40,000 bases of DNA. It comes from Candidatus Pelagibacterales bacterium. GTDB taxonomy: Bacteria > Pseudomonadota > Alphaproteobacteria > Pelagibacterales > Pelagibacteraceae. This document shows positions 1 through 10,214 of this stretch, piece after piece. The notes beneath the pieces are model-generated. The model made no database searches. It was not told the DNA's origin and saw only the letters and a list, made by a program, of their open reading frames with translations. Location: the NCBI GenBank assembly GCA_965244305.1, contig OZ251705.1:670115-710114 (forward strand), read 5' to 3'. The position numbers and the translations under genes were made by a program. Every line of letters starts with the position of its first letter. Position 1 is the stretch's first letter.

Positions 1-1518
1 TATTTTATTTCTTTAGCGGCTATTCCCTCCATAATTGTAGCTATTTTTTCCTTATTAATATTTAATTTTAGTATTGAAAAATGGTTTGACAAAAAAATAA
101 ATGATGTTGTTAACAATTCTGTTGAAGTAGCTAAAAGATATTTAAATGAGCATCAACAATCTATTAGTAAAGACATATTGCTTACCGCTAATGATTTTAA
201 TCGAAATAAAAACACCCTCATTTCTGACAAAGAACGATTTGAAAAATATATAGAGGCGCAAGCGAGAATTAGGTCTATTAATAATTTATACATTGTTTCT
301 GAAAAAGGAGATTTAATTTTTAGTTTACCAGGATATGATAAAAAAAAATTTTCAAAACCTGATAAATATATCCTATCCGCTGCAAACAAGGGTAAACCAA
401 TAATAATTTCGAGTGCATATACTAACAAAACTTACGGAATGGTTAAGTTATCGAGTTTTGATAATTATTATTTGTATGCTGTACAAAATGTTAACCCACA
501 AATTGTCAGTAACTTAAAAAAAACCGGTGAGGCTTACACATATTATATTGATATAAAAAATAATATTTTTTCATTACAAATAACTTTTATGATAATCTAT
601 ATCATAATAACCCTAATATTAATTTTGATATCTAGTATTGTATCAATTAATTTATCAAGTTATTTTACCACACCTCTTGTTTCTTTATTTAATGCGTCAA
701 ACAAAATCAAAGAAGGAAACTATAATTTTGAATTAAATGAAAAAAATTTAGACAGTGATTTTGCTCAACTAAATCAAACTTTTAATGAAATGTTAACAAA
801 AATCAGATCTGATCAGAAAAAGATTTCCTTAACAGGTCGTTTTGAAGCTTGGAATATTATTGCTAAAAAATTAGCTCATGAAATAAAAAATCCATTAACT
901 CCTATTCAATTATCTTTAGATACAATAAGAGATAAGTTTAAAAATCAAATTACAAGCAATAAAAAAAATTTTGATGATCATATAAAGATAATTAATCAGC
1001 AAATTGCTGAAATTAATTCATTACTAAATTCATTCTCTGATTTTGCACGAATGCCATCACCTTTTTTGGAAATGAATGATATTAATTGAAATTATAAATA
1101 ATTCTATTAATCCCTATAAAAAGAATTATACAAATATTGATTTTATTTTAGAAAATAGCACAACAAATACAAATTCTTACTGTGTGATAAAAATCAAATT
1201 TTTAGACTAATTACAAATTTAATAAAAAATAGTGTCGAGTCTATAAATGAAAAAAATTTATCTAAAGGATGGAAAAATTATAATTAGAATTTCTGAAGAT
1301 TTCAAAATACTTTAATTTTGAAATTCTTGATAATGGAGTTGGATTTCCTCAAAATAACCTTAATAATATTCATGAACCATATTTCACCACGAAGCATAAT
1401 GGTTCAGGTTTGGGATTATCTATAGTGGGTAAAATTATTCATGAACATAAAGGAGATTTTTATTTTACTGAACAATGAATATGGTGGTGCTACAATTAAA
1501 TTTACAATAAAAAAATGA
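1..1518 (+). pseudogene. ntrY: NtrY-type sensor histidine kinase; 5' end lies off-window and the C-terminal ATPase domain is broken by five frame changes
   Basis: Frame 1 is open from base 1. ORF 178..1089 has a TM helix (ITFMIIYIIITLILILISSIV) and the HisKA H-box LAHEIKNPLTPIQLSLD. After TGA 1087-1089 the HATPase_c motifs continue in shifting frames. These are EIINNSINPYKKNY (frame 2 from 1088), CDKNQIFRLITNLIKNSVESI N-box (frame 1 from ~1183), GKIIIRISED (frame 2 from 1271), NFEILDNGVGFP..YFTTKHNGSGLGLSIVGKIIHEHKG (frame 3 from 1314) and EYGGATIKFTIKK* (frame 1 from 1477). The stop TGA 1516-1518 overlaps the ntrX ATG. Confidence 0.85.
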
Positions 1519-2863
1519 AAAAAATACTAATTATTGACGATGAAAAAAATATAAGATTTTTACTTTCGTCAATTTTAAAAGATGAGGGATATGATACTTT
1601 AGAAGCTAGTTGCTGTTGCGGAGTCTGAATTGTTGATTGATCAAAATTTTTTTGATCTTGCCATTATTGACATTTCTTTGGACGACAAAAAAAAAGATGG
1701 AATCTTTTTGTTAAAAAAAATTAAAAAATTAAATAATAATCTTCCAGTAATAATGATTTCAGGCCATGCGACTATTCAAGTAGCAGTTGATTCAATGAAA
1801 TTAGGAGCTTATGAATTTCTAGAAAAGCCATTTAATAAAGACCGTTTATTAAATTTTGTAAAAAGAGCTTTGGAAGCTTTTGAATTAAAAATAGAAAATA
1901 AAAATTTAAATCAAATAATTTTTGATACTTATGATTTGATAGGTGAAAGTCCTGAAATAAAAAAAATAAAAGATACAATTAAAAAAATTTCACCGACTGA
2001 TGTTAGAGTTTTAATCAATGGACCATCTGGTTCTGGTAAGGAACTTGTTGCGAGAACAATACATAGAAATTCTAATAGAAAAGACTTCCCTTTTATTGTT
2101 TGTAATGGAGCGTTACTTAATCCTGAAACATTTGATAGCGAACTTTTTGGTGTAATAAAAAAAGACGGCACTATTATCAAAGGTTTTTTTGAAAAGGCAG
2201 ACAAGGGAACTCTTTTGATTGACAATGTATCTGATATTTCACTTGATACACAGGCAAAAATTCTAAGAGTATTAACTGAACAAAAATTTAGAAGAGTAAA
2301 TGATGAGAGAGAATTATTTACTAATGCGAGGGTTTTGTGTACTTCCAATATTAATTTAAGACAAGAAATTAAAAATGGTAATTTTAGAGAAGATTTTTTT
2401 CAAAGAATTTCAGTTGTTAGTATAGATCTTCCAAGTTTAAAAAATCGTTATACAGACATCCCTCTTCTGATTAGATTATTTTATTAAGAAAATTTCAAAA
2501 AATCTTGGAAAAAAAGAAATTAAATTAAAATCAAATTACACTAATTTATACAAACATTCTTGGCTAGGAAATGTAAGAGAGTTACGAAATTTGGTTGAGA
2601 GAACATTAATTTTATGTGATGGAGATGAAAAAAATTTTAATAAAATAATTAACGATAATATTAAAAATATTAAATCTGATTCTTCGACTTTATTAAATCT
2701 TGATTCTCCACTAAAATTAGCACGTGAACAATTTGAGCGAGAATATTTGTCTCATCAATTAAAAAAAAATGGCTTAAATATCTCAAAAACTGCTGAAAAA
2801 ATTGGAATGGAAAGATCGGCCTTGCATAGAAAATTAACTTCTTTAGGAATTGTATATAAATGA
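1515..2863 (+). pseudogene. ntrX: NtrX-type response regulator (receiver + AAA+ + Fis-type HTH) with two +1 frameshifts
   Basis: ATG 1515 forms an ATGA overlap with the ntrY stop. The receiver domain reads MKKILIIDDEKNIRFLLSSILKDEGYDTLEAS in frame 3, then AVAESELLIDQNFFDLAIIDI..VIMISGH in frame 1 (shift between 1603 and 1626). The AAA+ core has Walker A GPSGSGKE. ELFGVIKKDGTIIKGFFEKA sits where NtrC has the GAFTGA sigma-54 contact loop, and its absence is typical of NtrX. A second shift at ~2470 leads to frame 2 (DYFIKKISKNLGKK..WLGNVRELRNLVERTLIL) and the HTH ISKTAEKIGMERSALHRKL. Confidence 0.88.
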
Positions 2864-4233
2864 ATATTATTATTTGCGGCGCAGGTAGGGTTGGCTTTTC
2901 AATTTGCGCACAACTTTCCAAACAGGGTCATGCTGTTACGGTTATTGATAAAAATAGTGCCGATATCCAAAAAATAAACGATACTTTGGACGCTAAAGGT
3001 ATAGTTGGTATCGCAACCTATCCCTCAGTTCTTGAAAAAGCAGATGCAAAAAATGCGGATATGGTGATTGCGGTTACAAGAAATGATGAGACAAATATGG
3101 TTGTTTGTCAGATTTCTCATTCGCTTTTTAATATCCAAAGAAAAATAGCTAGGATCAGATCTAAAGAATTTTTGAAACCAATTTGGAAAGGTCTTTTTAC
3201 CAAAGATAATTTACCAATTGATATTATTATTTCACCAGAGTTTGAAGTTGCGAAATCTTTACAAAGAAAATTGGAAGCTCCTGGGGCAATTGATAATATT
3301 CCATTTGCAGATGACATAGTTAGATTATTAGAAATTCAGATTGATGAAAAATGCCCAGTGGTAAATACAGCGTTATCTAAATTATCAGACATATTTACTG
3401 ATCTAGATGCAAATGTTCTTGGTGTTTTGAGAAATGATAAATTTTTAATTTTAAAGAAAAACGATAAACTTATCAAAAATGACAAGGCTTATATTTTAAC
3501 AAATTCAAAACAAGTTGATAGGACCTTATCAATTTTTGGAAAAGAAGAAAAATTTGCAAAGACTATATTAATAATTGGCGCTGGAAATATTGGTTTAGAT
3601 TTAGCAAAAATGCTTGAAGAGCATGAACAAGCTCCTAGAGTAAAAATAATTGAAAAAAACTCTGAAAGAGCTGAAATGATAGCCACAGAATTAAATGAAA
3701 CAATAGTGATAAAAGGAGATGGTCTTGACGAAAATTTGCTTAAAGAAATTAATATTGATGAAATTGATACAGTTTTGTCTTTAACGAATGACGATGAAGT
3801 TAATATAATGTCAGCACTTCTTTGCAAAAAGAAAGGAATTAATAGAACTATATCTATCGCCAACAGTTCTAACTATGCGCTTCTGCAGTCTACTTTAAAA
3901 TTAGATGATATTGTTGATCCAAGAATGACGACTGTTTCGACTATATTAAAACATGTTCATAAAGGTAAAATTGAAAGTGTTTATTCTTTGGATAATGGAG
4001 AATTTGAAGTGATTGAAGCAAAGATATTGGAAAGTTCTGAGCTTTTAAACATTACTCTAAGTAAAGCTGAAATACCTGATGGAATTAAAATTGGTCTCAT
4101 TGTAAGAGATGGTAGCGTGATAGTTCCTAAAAAAGATACTGTTTTTCAATTAAATGATAAAGTTATTCTTTTATCTAGCAGGGAAAATCTTCCAACAATA
4201 GAATCATTATTTAAGATATCCCCGTATTTTTAA
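2860..4233 (+). CDS. trkA: Trk potassium uptake system NAD-binding protein TrkA
   Basis: Intact 457-aa ORF with two Rossmann motifs (IIICGAGRVGFSICAQL and ILIIGAGNIGLDLAKML), each followed by a TrkA-C-like segment. ATGA overlap with the ntrX stop. trkH-like gene immediately downstream. Confidence 0.93.
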   Translation: MNIIICGAGRVGFSICAQLSKQGHAVTVIDKNSADIQKINDTLDAKGIVGIATYPSVLEKADAKNADMVIAVTRNDETNMVVCQISHSLFNIQRKIARIRSKEFLKPIWKGLFTKDNLPIDIIISPEFEVAKSLQRKLEAPGAIDNIPFADDIVRLLEIQIDEKCPVVNTALSKLSDIFTDLDANVLGVLRNDKFLILKKNDKLIKNDKAYILTNSKQVDRTLSIFGKEEKFAKTILIIGAGNIGLDLAKMLEEHEQAPRVKIIEKNSERAEMIATELNETIVIKGDGLDENLLKEINIDEIDTVLSLTNDDEVNIMSALLCKKKGINRTISIANSSNYALLQSTLKLDDIVDPRMTTVSTILKHVHKGKIESVYSLDNGEFEVIEAKILESSELLNITLSKAEIPDGIKIGLIVRDGSVIVPKKDTVFQLNDKVILLSSRENLPTIESLFKISPYF

Positions 4234-4245
4234 AAAATTTCTTAA

Positions 4246-5656
4246 ATGAAAATAAAGTCGATATTTTATTATCTAAGATGGTTTTTAGTTCCGTTGGCAT
4301 TTGGCGATATATTTATAATTTGTTTTTCATATTTTAATAACTACAGCAATCAATATGAAATACTTTCTTATTTACTTGCTTTTTTTGTACAAATTCTACT
4401 TTTTTTTATTTGCGGTGCATTTAAAACAAAACAAACAATAGATAAAATTAATTTACAAATTTTAGTTCTTGTAGGATGGATTATTATTCCAATTTTTATA
4501 AGTATACCTTACTTTTTTAGTTATTATAATTTAGGTTGGTTTGAGGCTTATTACGAGTCTTTTTCTGGCTTTCTAAGTTTTGGTTTTTCTGTATTTGATG
4601 CCCCACATTTAATTGATAAGCCTCTTTTATTATGGAGATCTTTAAGCCAATGGCTTGGGGGTTTCTATTTTTTATTTTCGATTATATCCATATTATCTAC
4701 TACTGAAATAAATTTTATTCCACATAAGTATATATCAATAAGTGAAAATTCTCTTAAATTTTGAAAACAAATTTTTAAAAAATTTTTTTAATATTTTTTA
4801 TTGTTATTTTTTATTATCTTTAATTGTTTTATTTTTCTTAAATTTTACTAATTTAAATTTTTTTTCAAAATTAAATTTAATGATGACAATAGTTTCTTCT
4901 GGTGGTTTTTTTATTCAAGATTACTTATTAATATCAAATACACAGGATTCCTTAATAATATCTTTTTGTTTTTTACTAACCTCATTAAATATATTTATTT
5001 TTTATGAACTTTTTAAGTTTAGTAAAAATTATAATTTTAATGAAGATATTTATATTATTATTATAATTTTTATAATTTCTTTTTTAATAATTTTTATTTT
5101 TCCAAATATAAATAATTTTCATGAAATATTTTTAATGGTAACTACTTCTATATCAACTTCCGGAATACCTTTGTCTTTATCCCCAAATTCTTTGTTGGTT
5201 AATTTTTTTATTATACTAACTTTTTTTGGAGGCTGTCTGTATTCAACAGGATCTGGATTTAAATTTTTACGAATCTTATTTTTTGGTAAAAAATTTTTAA
5301 TTGAAATAACAAAATTACTTAATCCATCTATAATAATAAAGAAAAATATTTTTAAGAGTGAGCTTTCTATTAAAAATTCTGACTATTACATTGCATCTCT
5401 TATGTTTATTTTTTATTTGATTATTTTCTTTATCTCAGTTTTAGTTCTTAGTTTTGAAAATTTATCTTTCGAAAATATATATAAAATAGTTTTTTTAACC
5501 CTTAATAATACGCTTCCTTATAATTATATAAGTACTAAAATTTCTTTTTATGAACTAAATTATCATTCTCATATAATGATGCTTTTTTTGCTCCTGGTAT
5601 CAAAGGTTTACTTTATCTCTCTTTTGGTTTTGGTTAAAAAACTATTTTGGAAATAA
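4246..5656 (+). pseudogene. trkH: TrkH-family potassium transporter membrane subunit, one +1 frameshift
   Basis: ORFs 4246..4764 (frame 1) and 4742..5656 (frame 2) together give ~470 codons of polytopic membrane protein. It carries repeated TrkH/KtrB-like pore-loop motifs (SGFLSFGFS, TIVSSGGFF, TSISTSGIP, GGCLYSTGSGFKFLRI). Frame 2 opens only at 4742 (TAA at 4739), so the shift lies within 4742-4764. Position directly after trkA supports the call. The sequence is very low-complexity (I/F/L/N rich). Confidence 0.7.
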
Positions 5657-5711
5657 TAAGGAATATTTGTATTTACTCTATAAAATTTTTTAGTTAGAAG
5701 TGCATAATATT

Positions 5712-5788
5712 GCGCCCTTAGCTCAGCTGGATAGAGCATCGGTTTTCTAAACCGAGGGTCGCACGTTCGAGTCGTGCAGGGCGCACCA
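5712..5788 (+). tRNA. tRNA-Arg (anticodon UCU), CCA encoded
   Basis: Hand-folded cloverleaf: acceptor GCGCCCT/AGGGCGC, D arm GCTC-AGCTGGATA-GAGC, anticodon arm TCGGT-TTTCTAA-ACCGA (anticodon TCT), T arm GCACG-TTCGAGT-CGTGC, then ACCA. Confidence 0.95.
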
Positions 5789-5793
5789 TTTTC

Positions 5794-6079
5794 ATGATCA
5801 AAGCTTTAGCATTAAAATCTAAGTTTTTTTTTGTTTATATGATTTATAGCGAAGCAACGAAACGCTACTTATGTTGGTTATACAGTTAATATTTTAAAGC
5901 GACTTAATGCACATAATCTCAACAAAGGAGCTAAATTTACAAAAGGTAGTAATTGGGATCTAATTTACTCAAAAAAGTTCAAAAATAAAATTTTTGCCAT
6001 GAGATATGAATATAAGTTAAAAAAAAACAGAAATTTAAGAAAAAAGATCTTAAATGGCTATTTATCATTAATTAATTGA
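5794..6079 (+). pseudogene. Small GIY-YIG (UPF0213/URI-like) nuclease-family protein, one +1 frameshift; absent from the ORF track
   Basis: Frame 1 from ATG 5794 reads MIKALALKSKFFFVYMIYS. Frame 2 from 5852 reads KQRNATYVGYTVNILKRLNAHNLNKGAKFTKGSNWDLIYSKKFKNKIFAMRYEYKLKKNRNLRKKILNGYLSLIN*, with TGA at 6077-6079. This matches the family pattern (VY.L....YVGYT.[ND]L..RL..HN.G.GAK.T......L.Y.E.F....A...E...K). The exact start is uncertain. Confidence 0.6.
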
Positions 6080-6090
6080 TATTTTATTTT

Positions 6091-6118
6091 TTGTATCTTA
6101 TTTTTGTTATTGTATAAT
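6091..6118 (+). promoter_or_regulatory. Candidate sigma-70 promoter of the aapJQMP operon
   Basis: TTGTAT (6091-6096), a 16-nt spacer, then a perfect TATAAT (6113-6118), ~30 nt upstream of the aapJ ATG. A purine-rich TGGGGA (6137-6142) lies 6 nt before the ATG. AT-rich DNA produces chance matches, so this is only a candidate. Confidence 0.4.
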
Positions 6119-6148
6119 TAAATAAAATTAACCAAATGGGGATACATT

Positions 6149-7181
6149 ATGAAAAATAGTATGTTTAAGTTTTTTGGTTCTTTAGCTTTATTTGCATTTG
6201 TTCTTTCTGGAGCAGTTGCTAAGGCTGGAACAAAAGACGATGTTACAAAGAAAGGATCAGTAAGTTGTGGAGTTTCTCAAGGAGTTCCAGGATTTTCAAA
6301 TGCTGATGCTTCTGGAAAATGGACCGGCATTGACGTAGATATGTGCAGAGCTGTAGCAGCTGCAGTTTTAGGTAGTGCTGATAAAGTAAAATACCAACCT
6401 TTAAGTGCCAAAGATAGATTTGAGGTATTGAAATCAGGTCAAATTGACATGCTTTCAAGAAATACTACATGGACTTTGTCTAGAGATGCTGGATTAGGTT
6501 TGGAATTTGTTGGAACAAACTTTTATGATGGTCAAGGTTTTATTGTAAGGAAAGCTGCAAAGGTAAATACTGCAAAAAAACTTAATAACGTAAAAGTTTG
6601 TGTAGAAACAGGAACTACTACAGAATTAAATTTAAGAGATTATTTTAAAGCAAATAAACTTAAATATGAAGCTGTATCTTTTACAAAAGCTGATGAAGCT
6701 GTAGCGGCTTATGACGCTGGAAGATGTGATGTTTACACTACAGACAAATCTGGATTAGCTGCTCAAAGAACTAAAATGAAAAATCCTGGCGAACATACAG
6801 TTTTGCCTGAGACAATTTCAAAAGAGCCATTAGGACCAGTTGTAAGAGGTAACGATCAAAATTGGAAAGATATTGCTGCATGGTCATTATATGTAATGAT
6901 TGAGGCAGAAGAGCTTGGTGTTAGTTCTAAAAATATTGATTCAATGAAATCAACAGATAATCCTAATATTAAAAGATTGCTAGGTTTAGAGGGCGACACT
7001 GGTAAGAGCTCTAGGTCTTTCTAATACTTGGGCTTATAATATTATCAAGCAAGTTGGTAACTACGGTGAAGTGTATGAGCGAAATGTTGGAGAAAAAACT
7101 CCTCTAGGTTTGGCTCGAAACGGTTCTCCGAACCAATTGTGGTCAAAAGGTGGAATTTTATACGCACCACCAGTAAGATAA
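6149..7181 (+). pseudogene. aapJ: General L-amino-acid ABC transporter periplasmic binding protein (AapJ/YhdW/BztA family), one +1 frameshift near the C-terminus
   Basis: Signal peptide MKNSMFKFFGSLALFAFVLSGAVAKA, then GVSQGVPGFSNADASGKWTGIDVDMCRAVAAAVLG, which is typical of AapJ. ORF 6149..7024 stops early. Deleting a7007 joins it to frame 3 (ALGLSNTWAYNIIKQVGNYGEVYERNVGEKTPLGLARNGSPNQLWSKGGILYAPPVR*), the conserved family C-terminus, ending TAA 7179-7181. Confidence 0.9.
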
Positions 7182-7196
7182 GTTTATCTTAAGAAT

Positions 7197-7230
7197 AAAA
7201 GGGCCAAATTAATTTTTGGCCCTTTTTTAT
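7197..7230 (+). terminator. Rho-independent hairpin between aapJ and aapQ (intra-operon attenuator/terminator)
   Basis: AAAAGGGCCAAA (7197-7208) pairs with TTTGGCCCTTTT (7215-7226) around the loop TTAATT, and a T-run follows. It starts 16 nt after the aapJ stop and ends 11 nt before the aapQ ATG. Confidence 0.7.
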
Positions 7231-7240
7231 TAATTAAGAC

Positions 7241-8424
7241 ATGCAAAAATCAAACTTTAAAAATTTATTAATTAAAAATTTTCAATGGCAAAATTTTTTG
7301 CCACAGTTTTTGCTCTTATTTTTCTTTCTTTCTTTTAATATTTTATTTTACTAACGAATGCTCAGGTAAATCTTCAAGCCAGAAATATTACCTCAGGTTT
7401 TGATTTTCTAGGTACAAACTCTGGATTTGATGTGCAATTTAGCCTTATTCCTTATGATGGTTCCTATAGCTTTGGTAGGGCATATCTTGTTGGATTATTA
7501 AACACTCTATTAGTGTCATTTTTTGGCATTATTTTTGCTTCTATTCTTGGTTTTATTATTGGTATTTCGAGACTTTCCGAAAATTTATTACTGTCAAAAT
7601 TATCTCATTTCTATGTGGAGTTGTTTAGAAATTTGCCGTTAATACTTCAAATATTCTTTTGGTATTTCGTAGTTTTGCGAAATTTACCAACAACAGAAAA
7701 GAGTTTAATTTTGTTAGATTTTTTAATTATTAATGTTCAGGGTTTTTATTTTCCCAAATTTATTTTTACAAATTTTCAATTTATTATTTATGGAATTGTT
7801 TTTGCAATATTAACTATTTTTCTTTTAAAATATTATTCAAATAAAATGTTTTATAACTCAGGTAAATATTTACCTGTTTTTAAGCTATCTCTCATTTTTT
7901 TAATATTATTTCCTTTAGTTTTTTCTTTTTTAGGAAATGTTGGTCTTACATTCGAACAAGCTAAATTAATTCAAAATTTTGGTATATTTAATTATGTTGG
8001 TGGTGTTAAGCTTGTTCCTGAATTCTTAGCTTTGTTATTTGCATTGTCATTATACACATCCACTTTCATTGCTGAAAATGTTAGAGCTGGAATTCTTTCT
8101 ATCAGCAAGGGCCAAAAAGAAGCTGCTAAATCTCTCGGGTTTAATAACTCTTTATCACTAAAATTAATTGTAATTCCTCAGGCCTTGAGAGTAATTATTC
8201 CGCCAACTACTAATCAATATTTAAACTTGGTCAAAAACTCCTCCTTAGCTGCAGGTATTGGATACCCAGACCTCACGAGTGTCTTTGCAGGTACATCATT
8301 ATCTCAAACGGGAAAAGCAATTGAAATTATCTTTATTGTTATGATGACTTATTTGTCAATAAGTCTTTTTATTTCTTTAATTCTTAATTGGTATAACAAA
8401 AAAATTGCTTTTATTTCTAAGTGA
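7241..8424 (+). pseudogene. aapQ: General L-amino-acid ABC transporter permease (AapQ/YhdX family), frameshift in the N-terminal T-rich segment
   Basis: ATG 7241 in frame 2 (MQKSNFKNLLIKNFQWQ...) hits TAA at 7352. Frame 1 is open from 7339 and gives LTNAQVNLQARNITSGFDFLGTNSGFDVQFSLIPYDGSYSFGRAYLVGLLNTLLVS, followed by the ABC permease EAA-type loop (AENVRAGILSISKGQKEAAKSLG). This is one of the few net -1/+2 events. Confidence 0.85.
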
Positions 8425-8425
8425 T

Positions 8426-9480
8426 ATGAAAATTAAAAATTTAATAATTTGGTCCCGTACAAATCTTTTTTCTAATTGGTATAATTCTCTTAATATCTTT
8501 ATTTTGTATTTATTTAATAATTATTACCATACCTCCATTTATTGATTGGGCATTTGTAAGCGCTACCTTTGAAGGGAAATTAAAAACGGATTGTAAAACT
8601 TCAGGAGCTTGTTGGGTTTTTGTAAAAGTTTGGTTTGAAAAATTTATGTATGGTTTTTATCCAGTTGAAAATATATGGAGAATAAACTTAAGTTTTTTAA
8701 TTTTAATTATATCAATTAGCTTATCTTTTTTTGTAAAAGATAAGTTTAAAATTTATATTTTATTTTTTTTAATATTTGTTTTTCCAATAATTGCCTTTGT
8801 ATTAATTCATGGGTCTTTTGGAATGCAAATTGTTGAAAGCAGAGAGTGGGGTGGTTTAGCCTTAACTTTTATACTGGCAATTTTTGGAATTATTTTTTCT
8901 TTTCCTTTAGGTGTTTTGTTGGCTCTTGGAAGAAGATCAGAATTACCAATAATAAAGTATTTTAGTATTTGTTTTATAGAGTTTTGGAGAGGTATACCTC
9001 TTATCACAGTTTTATTTGCAGCAGCAGTTATGTTTCCTTTATTGCTACCGGCAGATTCATATGTCGATAAAACTTTGCGTATTGCTGTCGGTATTGCGAT
9101 ATTTGAGTCAGCTTATATAGCTGAAGTTGTTCGAGGAGGACTACAATCTTTACCAAAGGGTCAATACGATGCTGCTAGATCCTTGGGGATGGGTTACTGG
9201 AAGATGAATTTTTTTATTGTACTTCCACAAGCCATAAAAACTGTAATACCCGGTATTGCAAATACGTTTATAGCTTTGCTTAAAAGACACACCGTTAATT
9301 GTGCTTGTTGGAATGGCGGAAATTTTGGGAATGATAAACCTTGCTAAAGCAAATCCATATTGGCTTGGAATGGCTGTAGAAGGGTATGTATTTGCAGCGG
9401 CAATTTTTTGGGTAGCATCTTACTTCTTAAGCAGTTACAGTCAGAGATTAGAAAAAAAATATAGTACTGAAAAAAAATGA
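8426..9480 (+). pseudogene. aapM: General L-amino-acid ABC transporter permease (AapM/YhdY family), two +1 frameshifts
   Basis: ATG 8426 in frame 2 (MKIKNLIIWSRTNLFSNWYNS) shifts at ~8489 to frame 3 (LISLFCIYLIIITIPPFIDWAFVSATFEGKLKTDCKTSGACWVFVKVWFEKFMYGFYP...AEVVRGGLQSLPKGQYDAARSLG). An extra A in run 9282-9285 then leads to frame 1 ([64 protein letters not shown]). TGA 9478-9480 overlaps the aapP ATG. Confidence 0.85.
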
Positions 9481-10214
9481 ATAAAGAAAAAGTTATAGAA
9501 TTAAATAAAGTTAATAAGTGGTATGGGGAATTTCATGTTTTAAAAGATATTGATCTTTCTGTGTACCAAGGAGAAAAAATTATAGTTTGTGGTCCATCTG
9601 GTTCAGGCAAATCAACTTTAATTAGATGTATAAACAGGCTTGAAGAACACCAAGAGGGTACTGTTAAAGTAAGAGATACTGTTTTAGACCATCACACACA
9701 AAGTATTGAAAAAATCAGAAGTGAAGTTGGAATGGTTTTTCAGCAATTTAATTTATTCCCTCATTTAAGTATTTTAGATAATTGCACTTTAGCTCCTTCA
9801 TGGGTTAGAAAAATGTCAAAAAAAGATGCAGAAGAACTAGCAATGACATATTTAGCTAAGGTCAAAATTGATGATCAGGCACTTAAATTTCCTGGACAAT
9901 TATCAGGTGGCCAACAACAAAGAGCTGCAATTGCCAGAGCTTTGTGCATGGAACCAAAAATTATGCTTTTTGATGAGCCAACTTCAGCATTGGACCCTGA
10001 AATGATTAAGGAAGTTTTAGATGTTATGACAGATCTTGCCAAAGCAGGCATGACAATGATTGTGGTTTCTCATGAGATGGCCTTTGCCAAAGAAGTGGCT
10101 GATAGAGTTATTTTTATGGATGAAGGAAGTATAGTTGAAGAAAAACCTACTGCTCAATTTTTTTCAAATCCAGAAAATGAAAGAACTAAACTTTTCTTAA
10201 GCCAAATTTTATAA
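9477..10214 (+). CDS. aapP: General L-amino-acid ABC transporter ATP-binding protein (AapP/YhdZ family)
   Basis: Intact 245-aa ORF with Walker [10 protein letters not shown], signature [15 protein letters not shown], Walker [13 protein letters not shown] and the H-loop VSHEM. Confidence 0.93.
   Translation: MNKEKVIELNKVNKWYGEFHVLKDIDLSVYQGEKIIVCGPSGSGKSTLIRCINRLEEHQEGTVKVRDTVLDHHTQSIEKIRSEVGMVFQQFNLFPHLSILDNCTLAPSWVRKMSKKDAEELAMTYLAKVKIDDQALKFPGQLSGGQQQRAAIARALCMEPKIMLFDEPTSALDPEMIKEVLDVMTDLAKAGMTMIVVSHEMAFAKEVADRVIFMDEGSIVEEKPTAQFFSNPENERTKLFLSQIL

Noticed and set aside
1929-2348. 139-aa minus-strand ORF, together with similar antisense ORFs at 153..428, 2670..2921, 3117..3317, 3489..3863, 6243..6458 and 8807..9007
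   Set aside because: Each lies fully inside a strongly motif-supported gene on the opposite strand (ntrY, ntrX, trkA, aapJ, aapM). They have low-complexity translations and no recognisable motif. Long antisense ORFs are expected by chance opposite conserved genes.
4742-5656. Extreme T/A homopolymer-rich, low-complexity sequence in the second half of trkH as non-coding or degenerate DNA
   Set aside because: One long frame stays open for 304 codons. It still carries TrkH-type pore-loop motifs (TIVSSGGFF, TSISTSGIP, GGCLYSTGSGFKFLRI) at the expected spacing.
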